Assembly (NCBI GenBank): GCA_963788655.1
Contig: CAWBHS010000002.1
Coordinates: forward strand, 1-64,000
From: an uncultured Verrucomicrobiae bacterium
GTDB taxonomy: Bacteria; Verrucomicrobiota; Verrucomicrobiia; Limisphaerales; JAFGQR01
Length of the DNA stretch: 64,000 nt
Reading direction: 5' to 3'
Position numbers and translations under genes: made by a program. Of this stretch, positions 19,488 to 30,846 are shown piece after piece; within the stretch, counting starts at the first letter, position 1; every line of letters begins with the position of its first letter. Under the pieces are notes generated by a model. The model saw nothing but the letters and a program-made list of their open reading frames with translations. It was not told where the DNA came from and did not search any database.

Positions 19488-19952
19488 ATGCATCTTGTTC
19501 TCCTCGAGCCTGAAATTCCACCGAACACCGGCAATGTGGCGCGCTTGTGTGCCGCCACCCGGACGACGCTGCACTTGATCGAACCGTTCGGATTTCGGCT
19601 CGAGGACAAAGACCTCAAGCGCGCCGGCATGGACTATTGGCAGCAAGTGGAGTGGCGTCGCTGGCCCAATTGGCAGGCTTTCCACGAACATCTGCCAAAC
19701 GGAACCACGCTGTGGTTCGTGGAATCCGGCGGCCCCCGGCACTACGCCGAGGTTCGCTACCTGCCCACGGATTACTTGGTGTTCGGACGGGAAACGGCCG
19801 GCTTACCGAAGACGCTGCTGGCGGACAACCGCGAGCATTGGGTGCGCATTCCGATGTTCAACCCGAACTCGCGTTCGCTCAATCTGTCCAATTGCGCAGC
19901 CCTGGTTCTTTTTGAAGCCCTGCGGCAGCAAGGATTCGTCGGCGAAATCTGA
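19488..19952 (+). CDS. trmL: tRNA (cytidine34-2'-O)-methyltransferase
   Basis: PEIPPNTGNVAR, KRAGMDYW, FGRETAGL, RSLNLS. Confidence 0.92.
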   Translation: MHLVLLEPEIPPNTGNVARLCAATRTTLHLIEPFGFRLEDKDLKRAGMDYWQQVEWRRWPNWQAFHEHLPNGTTLWFVESGGPRHYAEVRYLPTDYLVFGRETAGLPKTLLADNREHWVRIPMFNPNSRSLNLSNCAALVLFEALRQQGFVGEI

Positions 19953-19996
19953 GTCTGCGTTTACCCGAGACCGCGCCGCTTCGCCGTGACTATTCC

Positions 19997-20129
19997 GTAG
20001 GACAGGCGTCCCGCCGGTCCCGAACGGGTGCAAACCAACAACTTGTATCACGGCGCCGTGAGTCTTTCTATGTCACCAAACGGTGAGGATGTCTTGGGCA
20101 ATTCGAGACAGGCGAGACGCCTGTCCTAC
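19997..20129. repeat. REPIN (GTAGGACAGGCGTC family)
   Basis: GTAGGACAGGCGTCCCGCCGGTCC ... GACAGGCGAGACGCCTGTCCTAC. Confidence 0.8.
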
Positions 20130-20195
20130 CACGCCGAACTGCCTCATCGTAGCATCAGCCACTGAATTGATGCGGCCAAGAGGGACGGGCCTCGG

Positions 20196-23028
20196 TTACT
20201 TGGTTGTCGCGAATGGATCTTTGGTTCCGGCTTTAAGGAAGCGCGCCATGCCCCACACAGCATGGTCATACGCATAACCATCCCCGCCGTTGAGGACGCG
20301 CAGGATGATTTCCTTCGCTCCGGTAACCTCCACCGCCAAATCGTGAAGCTGTTTCGGACGCATGACCGGACTTGCCGCTTTCTTCTGTCCATCGACGAGC
20401 ACCTGGAATTGGACGCTGCCTTTTTTGCCCAGGTCATCCAGTCCGACGGAAGCTTTGAAGACCGAAAAATTTCGACCACCGATTTCGAACACAATATCCG
20501 CCGGGTTGGCGTCGTTGAATGCGTGTGTCCAGAGCCCCTTTTCCAGTTGCTGCCCGTTGGTCTTTATTGGATTTCCGTCGAGGTTCTGGTCTCGGCGAAC
20601 CGCTCCGCCGGCACCAAGAGTGGCTTTGGTCCACGGCAGGTCCGATGCAAACGTCACTCCTTGCGCGAGGATGTCCGGAGTGGTGAATTTCTTCATCGAG
20701 CCGTGGTTTGTTGTTATTCCGCCCGGTGCGATGGCTTCGACTTTCCAATAAAACGTGCGGTTGGGTGGAAGTTTGGGAACCAGGAACGGCGGTGCGATGA
20801 CCATCTCGAATGCAATCACCGAAGCAAACTCGGGCGTCTCCGCAACCGTCACCCGGTAACGCTGGGCGTTCTGGCTGGTTTCCCAATTCAGTTCCGCCGA
20901 AACATGAGCCAAGTAGCTGGTAGTCTTCACTGGATTCAAACTGAAATCCTCCGCGGCTTTGAATTCATCCGGTCTGCCATGCGCAGTGTCCTGAAGGAAG
21001 ATGATGTCGCTCGTGTGCGGTTGCGGCAGACCAATGGTCAGTCCCGGTTGCATCAGGTCGGTACCGGCTTGTTCGTGCGGTGAAATGGAGCAGTCCTCAC
21101 CCCAGAGCCAATACGTTGCCTCCGCTTTCAAGCCCTTCAATCGAACGGTGCAAGTGTTGTCTGGGCTGTCGGGACGGAAAACATAAATCGCACCTTTCCC
21201 CGAAATCGGATCGAAGTATTCCATGCCGTCCCACACCTTGTCATCCGGACGCGGAAAGATGTGATAGAGATTGGCCGTGCGAATCAGCGGCCGGAGCCGG
21301 GTTTTGTAGGTGTTCACCGCGTCTTTGATGAGCGCCTTTTGGCGCGCGCTCCATCCCGGGCCGCCGTTGCCACCGTTCGGTGCGTCCGGATGCCAATAAG
21401 CGGCCCCCATCGAGCTCGACCGAAATTCATAGACCGAACCGGTGGCCTGCCATTCCGCCCAGGAACCACATAGCGCCGCCAGTTGCATGGGATGGAGCGC
21501 AAAGGTCGAATCGTAAAACGATTGCCGGCAATCAATCGGGTAATACCGATCCTGGTTCTGGATCTTGAGGCAGCGCTTCAAGATGCCGTAGTCCTTGATG
21601 CGCCCGCCGCCGGAGCAGTTCTCCAAGGAGAAATTCGGGATGGCAGCATACAATGAATCAATGACCTCGTAATATCCCTTGGTCTGCCAATAGCCAACGT
21701 CTTCCGGATAATGGGCGCGAGTGCCGGGACCGTAGCCGCCGGTCTGGAGAACATTGCCGGCCGTGCCGTCGGAACGAAAGAAGTCGATATGGAACTGCTC
21801 ATAGAGCGCCTGGACATCATCCTGCCGATGCTTGATTCCGTCGAGCGTCGTCATTGACGGGTTGCAATTCCAGTAGAGCCCGAAGCGCATGCCGCGCTTG
21901 TGCGCGCAATCCCGCGCGGCAAGAATTCCGGAAGGCCAATCCACAGAGTCGCCCACCGGTGGGTGCGGTTGATGAGTGGTGTCGCCCTGCCACCAGCCGA
22001 CATCCAGCACAACTTCCTCGAATCCCAACGGCGCGATGGCATCAATGAGCGGATAATACTTGGTCTCGGTGGAATCCCAACTCCCCTGCCCTTTGCCAGT
22101 GGCGGCGAACGCATTCCACTCGACCTTCGGATAACGCCGGATCGTTTTTCAGGATCGCCGGCATGGAATAGTTGAACAGGAATTTGCGCAGGCTGTTGCC
22201 GGCATCATCCAAATCGCCTTGATACGCGCCAATGAACGCCGGCGGCACGGCAAAGGTTTCGCCAGGCTCCAGGTCGGTTTTGAAGGTGTCGCCATTGCCC
22301 ACCTTAAGGGAAGCACCGCTCGGCGCGTTATGGGCCGCAATGGTCATGCGCCCGAGACTCCATTCCCAACCGACATAGACACCCTGCATGCCATTGGCGT
22401 CCACCACCGCGAACGGGATGAAGTTCTGCGCCTCGGAAAAGTGGAGTGACTTCAGGTAGCCAGCGGCGAGCTTGTCGTGATAAACACCCGTCGCATCCGG
22501 GATGCTTCCGTCGTCATTGATGTACCACACGCTGGTATCGGTGCCGGGACCAACGACACGGATGTCCAGGCTTTCCTGTTCGCTAATGGTGACAGTTTGA
22601 GCTGAGCAATTCCTGATGAACATCGTGTGTCGCACGGGGCCGGGGCCGGGCCGCGCCTGCCAAATCGAAGTCAATTCCAAGGCCGGATCGACGTTGGTGA
22701 AAGTGAGAATGATCTTGGTGCCATCGCCCTGCTCTTCCTTGCCGGTCAAATACCGCCAGTTCAGAGCGTGTTGGACACCCCGCACGCTTGCATGGGACAT
22801 CAGCGAAAATGGCGAAGGGGAGACTGTCCAATTCCAACCGGCCGGACCGCTGAGTTCGTAAAGGCAAAGCCCACGGTCCGCCCCAGCGCCAACGACCAGC
22901 GTGGTGTCGGCGGTCTTTAACGTCCAGCGCGCGGGCGAAGGGTCGGAGGCATCCGCCGCCTGATCCGCCGCGGCCGCTTGCATAGTGATGGTTGGAATCA
23001 GAGACAGGACTAAGCTGCGGAGAATCAT
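20196..23028 (-). CDS. Secreted alpha-galactosidase-like (GH36-like) protein with C-terminal NPCBM/NEW2 domain (frameshift ~22130)
   Basis: Signal peptide; VVLDVGWW, ENCSGGG; KGLWTHA...FKASVGLDD...SVQFQV...DHAVW. Confidence 0.75.
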
Positions 23029-23155
23029 AGTTTGGCGGACACGTCATGGTTGACATCAAGGATTTCCAAATTGCCGACTCATGCATCGGATCGAGACGGC
23101 TAAATGCGTGAGGAAGTATTTACTGCCAACAAATTGATTCTGGCAAGTGGGTTGA

Positions 23156-23225
23156 CCACGGATTGCAGGGATAACACGGATGCAGGAATTCATTCCTATC
23201 TGTGTTATCCGGGCAACCCGTGGTC
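23156..23225. repeat. ACCACGGA...CCGTGGT hairpin repeat (second copy 27727-27847)
   Basis: ACCACGGATTGCAGGGATAACACGGAT...ATCTGTGTTATCCGGGCAACCCGTGGT. Confidence 0.65.
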
Positions 23226-23675
23226 TCAACTTCGCGGAAGAACGGTTACTTCTGGGAACGAACATGCTTACGGTTAGTTGCCTTTCGGAGCTTTGGCCGG
23301 CTCGTTTCGCGGGTTTTGGTTCGAACTTGGCCAGGATCTCCAGTGCAAACTCACATTGTTCCGGAAGCAATGTAACCGGAGGTTTCGAATCCATAACTGC
23401 CCAGTGCGAGCAAATTGATACACCTTGGTCAGAGGACGACGGAACGTTTCTTCGAACCATGGATGACCAATCCCTTGGAAGAACTCAAGAATGTGCGACC
23501 AATGGAGTTCAGGTGCTTGGAAGTATCCCGTCCGGACACCATGGCATGGAAACTGCCCAAACATTGACATCACGAAAGAAGTTGAGACGCATTCTGAGCG
23601 CGCCGGTCTTGTACGGCGTAGACAATAGAAATGGCATGTAGTCTCAACCGCAAAACAACGCTGGTTCCCAAAAGC

Positions 23676-25529
23676 ATGAAGTCTCAACCTGAGCCGAACT
23701 GTTCCTCGCCAGTGCTCGATCACTTGGCGCAACTCCACCAGGAACATCGCGGCGTCACCGATGGCCGCGTCGCGGACTACATTCCCGAATTGGCCAAGGC
23801 CGATCCCAATTGGTTTGGGATTTGCCTGGCCACGACGACGGGTGCGGTTTACGAAGTGGGCGATTCCCGGCAGCCGTTCACGATCCAATCCATTTCCAAA
23901 CCGTTCGTCTATGGGCTGGCCCTGGAAGACCAGGGACGCGCGCCCGTCCTGGAAAAGGTCGGCGTGGAGCCCACCGGTGATGCCTTCAATTCGATCAGTC
24001 TCGATCCCGGCACGGGGCGCCCCCGGAATCCGATGATCAATGCCGGCGCCATTGCCACCGCCGGTTTGATTGCCGGCAAAACGCCGGCGATCAAGCTGCA
24101 ACGATTGCTGGACCAGTTCGGGCTTTATGCCGGGCGCTCCTTGAGCCTCGACGAAGCGGTGTATCGCTCGGAAAGCCAGACCGGCCACCGAAACCGCGCC
24201 ATCGGCCACATGCTCCGGAATTTCAACATCCTGACCGACGATCCCACGCCGGTAGTGGAACTCTATTTCCAGCAATGCTCGATTGCCGTCACCTGCCGCG
24301 ATCTGGCCCTGATGGCGGCAACGCTGGCCAACCGCGGCATCAATCCAGTAACGGGGAAGCAGTCGATTCGCGGCGAATACGTGGAGAGCGTGCTCAGCAT
24401 CATGGGCTCCTGCGGCATGTACGATTTTGCCGGCGAATGGATTTACCGCATCGGCATGCCGGCCAAAAGCGGCGTGGGTGGCGGGATCATCGCGGTGCTG
24501 CCGGGGCAACTCGGCTTGGGCGTCTTCTCGCCGCCGTTGGATGAGCACGGTAACAGCGTGCGAGGCATCCGGGTTTGCCATGATTTGTCACGGCATCTTG
24601 ACCTGCACCTGTTCAACCATCCCAGCGCGGGCCGTTCCGCCATTCGTCTGAAGTTCACTGGGGCAGAGCGCAATTCCAATCGCGTGCGCACGCCGGAAGA
24701 AAGCCGCGCGTTGCGGGAATGCGGCGGGAGCATCCACGTGTATCAATTCCAAGGCAACCTGGGGTTTGCCACCACCGAAACCATCGTACGCGAAATTCTC
24801 GAACACCTGGAGGCCACCGAACATCTGGTGCTGGATTTCAAGCGAGTGCTGGACGTGAACGACAGCGCCTGCCGTTTGTTTTACGAGCTGCTCATCAAAT
24901 TCAACAAGTTGGGCAAAACCCTCCTCTTCATCCACACCGGCCATCTGCCGTTGTTGCGGCGCGTCATGAAGGCCAAGTTGGGAGCGCGTTGTGCGGAATT
25001 GTTTCGCCAGCTCGAGGACAACGATCCAGCCCTCGAATGGTGCGAAGACCGACTGCTGGAGGCCACGCTGCCCGGGCACATTTCCAATGGCCGGGCCAAG
25101 CCCACCGAATACGAACTGTTCCAGGGCCTGAGCCCGGAAGAACTCGAGGTGGTCACAAGCCACTTGCAGCGTCGCCGTTACCAACGGAGCGGAGTGCTCA
25201 TGAACGTGGGTGATGAAGCACGCGACCTGTTCTTCGTCGTGTGCGGAAGCGTCAGCGTGCTGGTCAATCTGGCCTCCGGTGCACGCAAACGGCTGGCGAC
25301 GTTTTCCGCGGGCATGGCCTTCGGGGAAATGGCGATCATCGACCGGGCGCCCCGTTCCGCCACCATCGTCGCCGACACGGAAGTCGAATGCGACTTGCTC
25401 GCGCTCGACGCGTTCGAGGGTCTGGGAAAATCGCATCCGGAAATTCGGATCAAATTGCTCGAAAACCTCAGTCTTGGCTTGTGCCGCAAACTCCGGAAAG
25501 CTAATCGCGAACTCAGCGTGTTTGATTGA
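23676..25529 (+). CDS. glsA: Glutaminase A with STAS-like and cNMP-binding domains
   Basis: VADYIPELA, FTIQSISKP, NPMINAGA, CGMYD, PAKSGVGG; LVLDFKRV; FGEMAIIDRAPRSA. Confidence 0.92.
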   Translation: MKSQPEPNCSSPVLDHLAQLHQEHRGVTDGRVADYIPELAKADPNWFGICLATTTGAVYEVGDSRQPFTIQSISKPFVYGLALEDQGRAPVLEKVGVEPTGDAFNSISLDPGTGRPRNPMINAGAIATAGLIAGKTPAIKLQRLLDQFGLYAGRSLSLDEAVYRSESQTGHRNRAIGHMLRNFNILTDDPTPVVELYFQQCSIAVTCRDLALMAATLANRGINPVTGKQSIRGEYVESVLSIMGSCGMYDFAGEWIYRIGMPAKSGVGGGIIAVLPGQLGLGVFSPPLDEHGNSVRGIRVCHDLSRHLDLHLFNHPSAGRSAIRLKFTGAERNSNRVRTPEESRALRECGGSIHVYQFQGNLGFATTETIVREILEHLEATEHLVLDFKRVLDVNDSACRLFYELLIKFNKLGKTLLFIHTGHLPLLRRVMKAKLGARCAELFRQLEDNDPALEWCEDRLLEATLPGHISNGRAKPTEYELFQGLSPEELEVVTSHLQRRRYQRSGVLMNVGDEARDLFFVVCGSVSVLVNLASGARKRLATFSAGMAFGEMAIIDRAPRSATIVADTEVECDLLALDAFEGLGKSHPEIRIKLLENLSLGLCRKLRKANRELSVFD

Positions 25530-25539
25530 GCTGCCTGAA

Positions 25540-27696
25540 TTACTGGACGCCAATCCGATAGAAAGCGACCGCGCCTTGCCGCGCCGCCGAAGCCCGGTAA
25601 GCAGAAGCGGAAAGCGGTTGAAACGTCGCACTCGCATCCACCCGCCAGGGACCTTGGGGAGCGGGTGCCCATTCCACCGAAAAACTTTGCGGCGCGCCTT
25701 GGACGATTGTGAAGTCCAACAGGATCCGGTCGCCCGAGAAGACGGGCGCGGCGTTCATGCGGATAACCGATGGCACTTCGCTCGAGGCCTGGACGACGAC
25801 CAGCGGCCCCCAATCCAGTTGGCGCTCGCCCACCTGCGCCCGCACGCGCAGACCATATTCGGTGGCCGCCAGAGGACGAAAACTAAAGGTGGTATCCGTG
25901 GTCGCTGGACTGACGACCGGATCGAGCAGTTCTTCCGCGCCACTGACAGAAACGTCGTCGAAATAAAAGCCGACTCCGGAGCTGGTCTGATAATAATATG
26001 AACCGCCCGTGTACTCGTAGAGAAAGCGCACCTCAAGTTCCTGTCCGGCATAGGCGGTCAACGATATGCTGCTCTGGACGAAGCTCCCCTGGCCACTGGA
26101 ACCCGTGCCCGAGCGCGTGAACACATCCGTCCAATCCGCGCCCCCATTGGTGGACACCTGCGCCCGCGCCACCTGGCCCGCCCCGGCCCAGCCCAGGCGG
26201 CTGGAGAAGGTCAGCTCGCTGCCCGGCCCCGGCCGGATGCGATGATTCAAGCGCACCTCTTGATTTGCTGGTTGTGGATGTGCCAGATGAAAGGATGCGC
26301 CGCCGGAGGCATGGACGCCGGTATCGATCACCGAATAACCGCTGGAGGCGGACACGGCCACGTTACCCAATCCGGCTTCAGCGCCCTCGACCCAGTCACA
26401 GGCCTCGAGTTGCGCATACTCCCATTGATAGCCCGAAGCGGCGCCCACTTCGGTAAAGGCATACTCGTTTTCCACTCCGACCATGGCAGGATTGGGACCG
26501 GAGATGGTCGGCGGTTCGTACGCGAGCACGCAATCCACTTTCACATTTTGCCCACCGTTGACGGCAATGGATTGTTCGCTGGTCGCAAGCCCGGAAGACG
26601 TGAAGCGCACGAGATAACTGCCATTGCCCGGGACGGGCACCGCGTAGCCGCCGCTCGCGGTAGAAATCGCGTAATAGTCCGAACCATCCACGTCCACCTG
26701 CACGCCCGCAAGACCTTCCCCCAGGTCGTAGCCACCGTTCTGATTGAAATCGTAATACACAACGCCGGTGACCAGTGGTGACTGGCCGGAACGTGCGCTG
26801 AAATCCTGGGTGACGATCTGCGGGCCGACACTGCCGCTGGAGCCATTGACAATCCCGATTCCGACTTCCCGATACGCAGCATTATGGATATTGACGCGGT
26901 GCCCCGGAGGATTTTGCATGCCGCCCACCGAACCGCCCCAGTCCACTTCGAAGCCCGCGTGTCCGTGCCTCACGGACTTGGCGTACGCAAATACGTTTTC
27001 TCCGTACCGATTCCAGTTGTAACCCTGGGCCGTAATGCGGTCACCCGGACTGCTACCGTCGGAGCCGAAGTGCCCCTGGAATTCGTTGGTCAATTGGTCG
27101 CCGCTGTGCAAACGCGCCGCCGCCTGCAACCGGGGATTCATGGCCAGCGGAGGGGCCGGCGCCAAGGCCGAAATCTGCTGGACCATCAAGTTCAAATCCA
27201 CCTGGAAATAGTCATACGCATTCAGCACCTCCGGATCGGTCAAATCACGCAACCAGACCGCTTGTGCAGCAGGATTGGCGCGCGCCCGATTGATATACTC
27301 CAGATACAATTGCTCTTCGTCCGTCGGCTCGCCAATCGAATAAAGCGTGGTCCCGGCAAATGCGGCCGGCTGTGAATTGGACACCAACGCTGGACTTTTA
27401 ACAGGGAATTCCGCCTGAATCGCTGGTGGCGGCGCCTGTGGCTGGCTACCAGGCAGCACCGAAAGTTCTTCCTGACCGCGAGCGAATCCAATCGCATACG
27501 CAGAAATACCGAGGCAAATCAGTAACTGCCGGCGTCGCCTTCCCGGCCCGGTGCAGCCTGGCTTATTCGTGAAATTCAATTGGCCGCGTAATTCCAATAA
27601 TGTCTCTCTCATGCTGTTGCTTACCGGATCGCGAATAGCAGCATGCGCGCCATTTTCAGAACCACCGGATCCAGTCCTATCCAGCGGTATCGACAT
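25540..27696 (-). CDS. Secreted CAP/SCP-domain multidomain protein (start uncertain)
   Basis: LEYINRARA, AARLHS, GENV, GHRVNI...EVGIG, TQDF; followed by a VYYDFNQNGGYD repeat-type domain. Confidence 0.75.
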   Translation of the reverse strand: MSIPLDRTGSGGSENGAHAAIRDPVSNSMRETLLELRGQLNFTNKPGCTGPGRRRRQLLICLGISAYAIGFARGQEELSVLPGSQPQAPPPAIQAEFPVKSPALVSNSQPAAFAGTTLYSIGEPTDEEQLYLEYINRARANPAAQAVWLRDLTDPEVLNAYDYFQVDLNLMVQQISALAPAPPLAMNPRLQAAARLHSGDQLTNEFQGHFGSDGSSPGDRITAQGYNWNRYGENVFAYAKSVRHGHAGFEVDWGGSVGGMQNPPGHRVNIHNAAYREVGIGIVNGSSGSVGPQIVTQDFSARSGQSPLVTGVVYYDFNQNGGYDLGEGLAGVQVDVDGSDYYAISTASGGYAVPVPGNGSYLVRFTSSGLATSEQSIAVNGGQNVKVDCVLAYEPPTISGPNPAMVGVENEYAFTEVGAASGYQWEYAQLEACDWVEGAEAGLGNVAVSASSGYSVIDTGVHASGGASFHLAHPQPANQEVRLNHRIRPGPGSELTFSSRLGWAGAGQVARAQVSTNGGADWTDVFTRSGTGSSGQGSFVQSSISLTAYAGQELEVRFLYEYTGGSYYYQTSSGVGFYFDDVSVSGAEELLDPVVSPATTDTTFSFRPLAATEYGLRVRAQVGERQLDWGPLVVVQASSEVPSVIRMNAAPVFSGDRILLDFTIVQGAPQSFSVEWAPAPQGPWRVDASATFQPLSASAYRASAARQGAVAFYRIGVQ

Positions 27697-27870
27697 GACA
27701 CGGGCAAACTAACTGCAACGGTTGAAACCACGGACTGTCCGGATGACGTAGATAGAGCGGTTTATGCACTCACATGCTGGGTTAGGGAATTCAAGATCTC
27801 TTGGCTGGCCAAGTCGTGGCCTCCGTGACATCCGGGCAAACCGTGGTCAATTCAAATCCCAACTCCCGGG

Positions 27871-28632
27871 TCACGGTTTCGCGCTGAGTTTGGTTTGCCA
27901 GACGGCGACGGCCTTTTGGCGATTGGAAGGGCTTTCCCACGGATCCACGTTGAATTCATCTCCGAAACGCGAGCGCAGGAGATTGGCCACCGTAATTCGC
28001 GTAGCAAGGCGGGGATGATTCAGGCCGCCGAGCAACAGGGCGGGATGGTCATTGACCAAGTCCGTTAGCCGTTGCCGGGCCGCTTGTTGAATAGCGGTTT
28101 CGCGGGCGGCACAAAGGTCGAACAAATCTGTGGTGGCCGTCTTCAGTTCAGCGGGGTCATCGGCGTGCAAACGTTGGTCAACTTTGATGAGCGTTTGCGT
28201 CAGGCGCAGCCGCCGGGCAACGGCTTCGCGCGCAACCACCAGACCGTTGGTCAACCAGGCCGTGAATTGGACGTCGTCCTGGTATCCGGTGGCACTGATT
28301 ACTTCGTCGCCCTGCGGCGTGAGAATCTTGAACGTGGGCACCGCGCGAACGTCCAGTTTCTCGGTTTGCCGCGCGAAGAGGTCGATGTCCAGGGCCACTT
28401 TGCTGTAGTCCTTCAACGCGTGCTGCACGGTCGGGTCGGGGAAAGTCGATTGCGCCATGCGCCGGCACGGCGCGCACCAACTGGCGGTGTAATACACCAA
28501 CACGGGTTGTTCAAGCAGTTGCCCGGAGATGATGCCGGCGGTGAGATTGGTGAGCCAGCCAGCCGGGATTTCCGCGCGGCCTGACAGCGGCGTTAGCAAC
28601 AGGAGAAGCGCGAGGTTGCGAATGGTTTTCAT
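27871..28632 (-). CDS. Exported thioredoxin-family protein
   Basis: Signal peptide MKTIRNLALLLLL; ASWCAPCRRM; VRAVPT. Confidence 0.8.
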   Translation of the reverse strand: MKTIRNLALLLLLTPLSGRAEIPAGWLTNLTAGIISGQLLEQPVLVYYTASWCAPCRRMAQSTFPDPTVQHALKDYSKVALDIDLFARQTEKLDVRAVPTFKILTPQGDEVISATGYQDDVQFTAWLTNGLVVAREAVARRLRLTQTLIKVDQRLHADDPAELKTATTDLFDLCAARETAIQQAARQRLTDLVNDHPALLLGGLNHPRLATRITVANLLRSRFGDEFNVDPWESPSNRQKAVAVWQTKLSAKP

Positions 28633-30053
28633 GGCTGACGAAGGGCGGCAGTTTGTGGGTCCAAACCGTGTTGAATTGGCGGCCAGAACTGAGCCCAATC
28701 GAAGGGTCGGCTGAACTCGCCGTAATGGCATTTCTGGCAATCGCCGGCCGCCAAGGGACGGAACTTGAAACTGATCGTGGGATCGCCCTTGCGCTGGCGC
28801 ACGTGCAGGCTGCCCGGCCCGTGACAGCTTTCGCAGCCGACTTGCACAAGCTTGTTTCCCGCATACTCCCGGCGGTAGCCGGACAATGTGCCAAAACCGA
28901 TCGTGTGACAGCCAATGCACTTCGGATCGGCATCGGCTCGCTTGTCCAGCAAGGTGGTGAAGGCGTGGGCGTGACCGGATTTCTGCCAAACCGCCGCCGC
29001 GATATGATGGCATTCCAGGCAACTCTGACTCCCCATGTAAGTGGCGGCCACCCGCACGCCGGGAACCATGTCCGCCTGCAAATGCGCCGGATCGTCCATC
29101 GCCAGCATCGTGCGGCGCACTTCGTCCCGGTAGGTCTGGGCGAATTGTTGGAATTCGGGCGCTTCGGGAATTTTGTCGTGTAGCAGGAAGATTTGGTGTG
29201 CCAGCGCTTGCACGCGAGGCTCGGGCGCCAGCCGAAGTTTGAGAATTCCCAGTGCCCGCGATTCGTTCGTGGTGAAATAAATCAGGCTGCGATTCTCCTG
29301 CTGCAATTCCTGCGCTGGCTGCCGCACCTTGCCGCCCAGGATGACGTTCAATTCGTAAAACTGTTGCGCCAGGCTGGTCAAAGTCGCTTCGTCCGTGAAC
29401 GCCAGGAGAATGATCGCGTCCGCCTTGGACCGCAGCTCGGGCAGCAAGCTGGTGAGCGTGGTGTCCATTTCCGCCACTCGCAAACCTTCCCCGAGATCAT
29501 CGCCCAGGCCGCGGGGATCGAGCACGCCGACGACGGCGATCCGATACGCGCCGCGTGGGAGAATGCGATAAGGCTCGAAGATACATTTGCCGGTCGCGCG
29601 GTCGAGCAGGTTGGCGCTGAGGATGGGAACGGGCGAAGTCTCGCGCAGTTTGCGGAGTTGGGCAGCGGACAATTGGGCTTCGCGGTGGCCAATGTTCAGC
29701 GCGTCGAACTTCATCGCGGCAAAGGCCTGCAACAGGTAGCGGTATTCGATCAGATGGTAATCCTCCTTGCCGGCAATGGCGTCGCCCACGTCGAGGCGGA
29801 TAGCGTCGGGTGGTGCTTCGGCGTCGAGCACGGTTTTCAACCGCGTCATGCCGCCGAATTGGCCGGTAAAACAGCCGCAAGGAACAAGGCGCCCGTGGTT
29901 GTCGCAGGTAAAGTAAAGCGACAGATCGAGCGGCGCGCGGCTGGCGGGATTGTTGCAGCCGGGCATTGCGATAAGGAGAAGGACGCTGAACAGAAGCGGA
30001 CAGGCGAGTTTTCCTGCTTGAATCTGGTTGGTGGCGTCGCTGGTTCTGCCCAT
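28629..30053 (-). CDS. UshA/5'-nucleotidase-like domain fused to a tetraheme c554-like cytochrome; probable lipoprotein
   Basis: CDNHGRLVPCGC, LDVGD, NIGHRE; four CxxCH motifs (CLECH, CIGCH, CESCH, CQKCH). Confidence 0.82.
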   Translation of the reverse strand: MGRTSDATNQIQAGKLACPLLFSVLLLIAMPGCNNPASRAPLDLSLYFTCDNHGRLVPCGCFTGQFGGMTRLKTVLDAEAPPDAIRLDVGDAIAGKEDYHLIEYRYLLQAFAAMKFDALNIGHREAQLSAAQLRKLRETSPVPILSANLLDRATGKCIFEPYRILPRGAYRIAVVGVLDPRGLGDDLGEGLRVAEMDTTLTSLLPELRSKADAIILLAFTDEATLTSLAQQFYELNVILGGKVRQPAQELQQENRSLIYFTTNESRALGILKLRLAPEPRVQALAHQIFLLHDKIPEAPEFQQFAQTYRDEVRRTMLAMDDPAHLQADMVPGVRVAATYMGSQSCLECHHIAAAVWQKSGHAHAFTTLLDKRADADPKCIGCHTIGFGTLSGYRREYAGNKLVQVGCESCHGPGSLHVRQRKGDPTISFKFRPLAAGDCQKCHYGEFSRPFDWAQFWPPIQHGLDPQTAALRQP

Positions 30054-30099
30054 GGGAAGGAGGAATGGAAATGGAAAATGGCAGATGGTAAATACTCAA

Positions 30100-30771
30100 T
30101 CAGTAAAGCACGGCATAAGTGAACACGTTGACATTGACGAGCGCCGGCTTGGCGATTTCGTTGCCGCCACAACAGCAGCACCCCTTGGCATGGGCAACGT
30201 CATTCAGACCTTCGGTCGAATACACCATGACCAGCCGGCCGTTGATTTGCAGCCCTTCGATCATCACCGTCTTGCCATGCTTGTCGGTCAACCGCGGGAT
30301 ACGGTTTACGACATTGAAGATCGGATGATCCATCGGGATACGGGCCAAGTCGTATTGCGGAAAACAGATTTTGATCTCGCGGCGAAAGGCACGATCCCAT
30401 TTGGTGTCCGAACAGCCAGGACTGACCAACAGGAAGCCGCCGTTCAGGAGGTATTTGCGCAACTGAATCCGTTCCCGTTCGGTGAGCGAGAAATTCTCGT
30501 TGCCGGACATCACGGCGAAGGGGTAGTCGAACAAGGCCTCGGAATCCAGACGCACCGGGCAAAACTTCTTGTTGACGCGCAAATTGGTTTGCTGATCAAC
30601 ATCGGTCAGAAAACGGTCAGCGAAACAAACGGAACTTTTGTTGCCGGAATAAATGAGATTGCCGCATTCGAGGAGGGGTGGGGCGGCGGTGGTGGGAAGG
30701 GTGAGTGAGAGCAGGAGGAAGACGCAAAGGGAGAAAAGGCATACAGTCGGTCGGCAGATTGAGAACCGCAC
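30100..30771 (-). CDS. DUF4159 domain protein (start uncertain)
   Basis: LFDYPFAVMSG, ERIQLRKYLLNGGFL, IPMDHPIF; the longer ORF start lies inside repeats. Confidence 0.75.
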   Translation of the reverse strand: MRFSICRPTVCLFSLCVFLLLSLTLPTTAAPPLLECGNLIYSGNKSSVCFADRFLTDVDQQTNLRVNKKFCPVRLDSEALFDYPFAVMSGNENFSLTERERIQLRKYLLNGGFLLVSPGCSDTKWDRAFRREIKICFPQYDLARIPMDHPIFNVVNRIPRLTDKHGKTVMIEGLQINGRLVMVYSTEGLNDVAHAKGCCCCGGNEIAKPALVNVNVFTYAVLY

Positions 30772-30846
30772 GAGGGCGGAGACATTGGTGACGACATAGC
30801 CCGTGCCATTTGAAGGCCGGATGCGATTGGGACAAACGTGCGGTTT

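Noticed and set aside
23056..23641. Small ORFs between the GH36 gene and glsA
   Set aside because: They overlap on both strands, cross a hairpin repeat and have no motifs.
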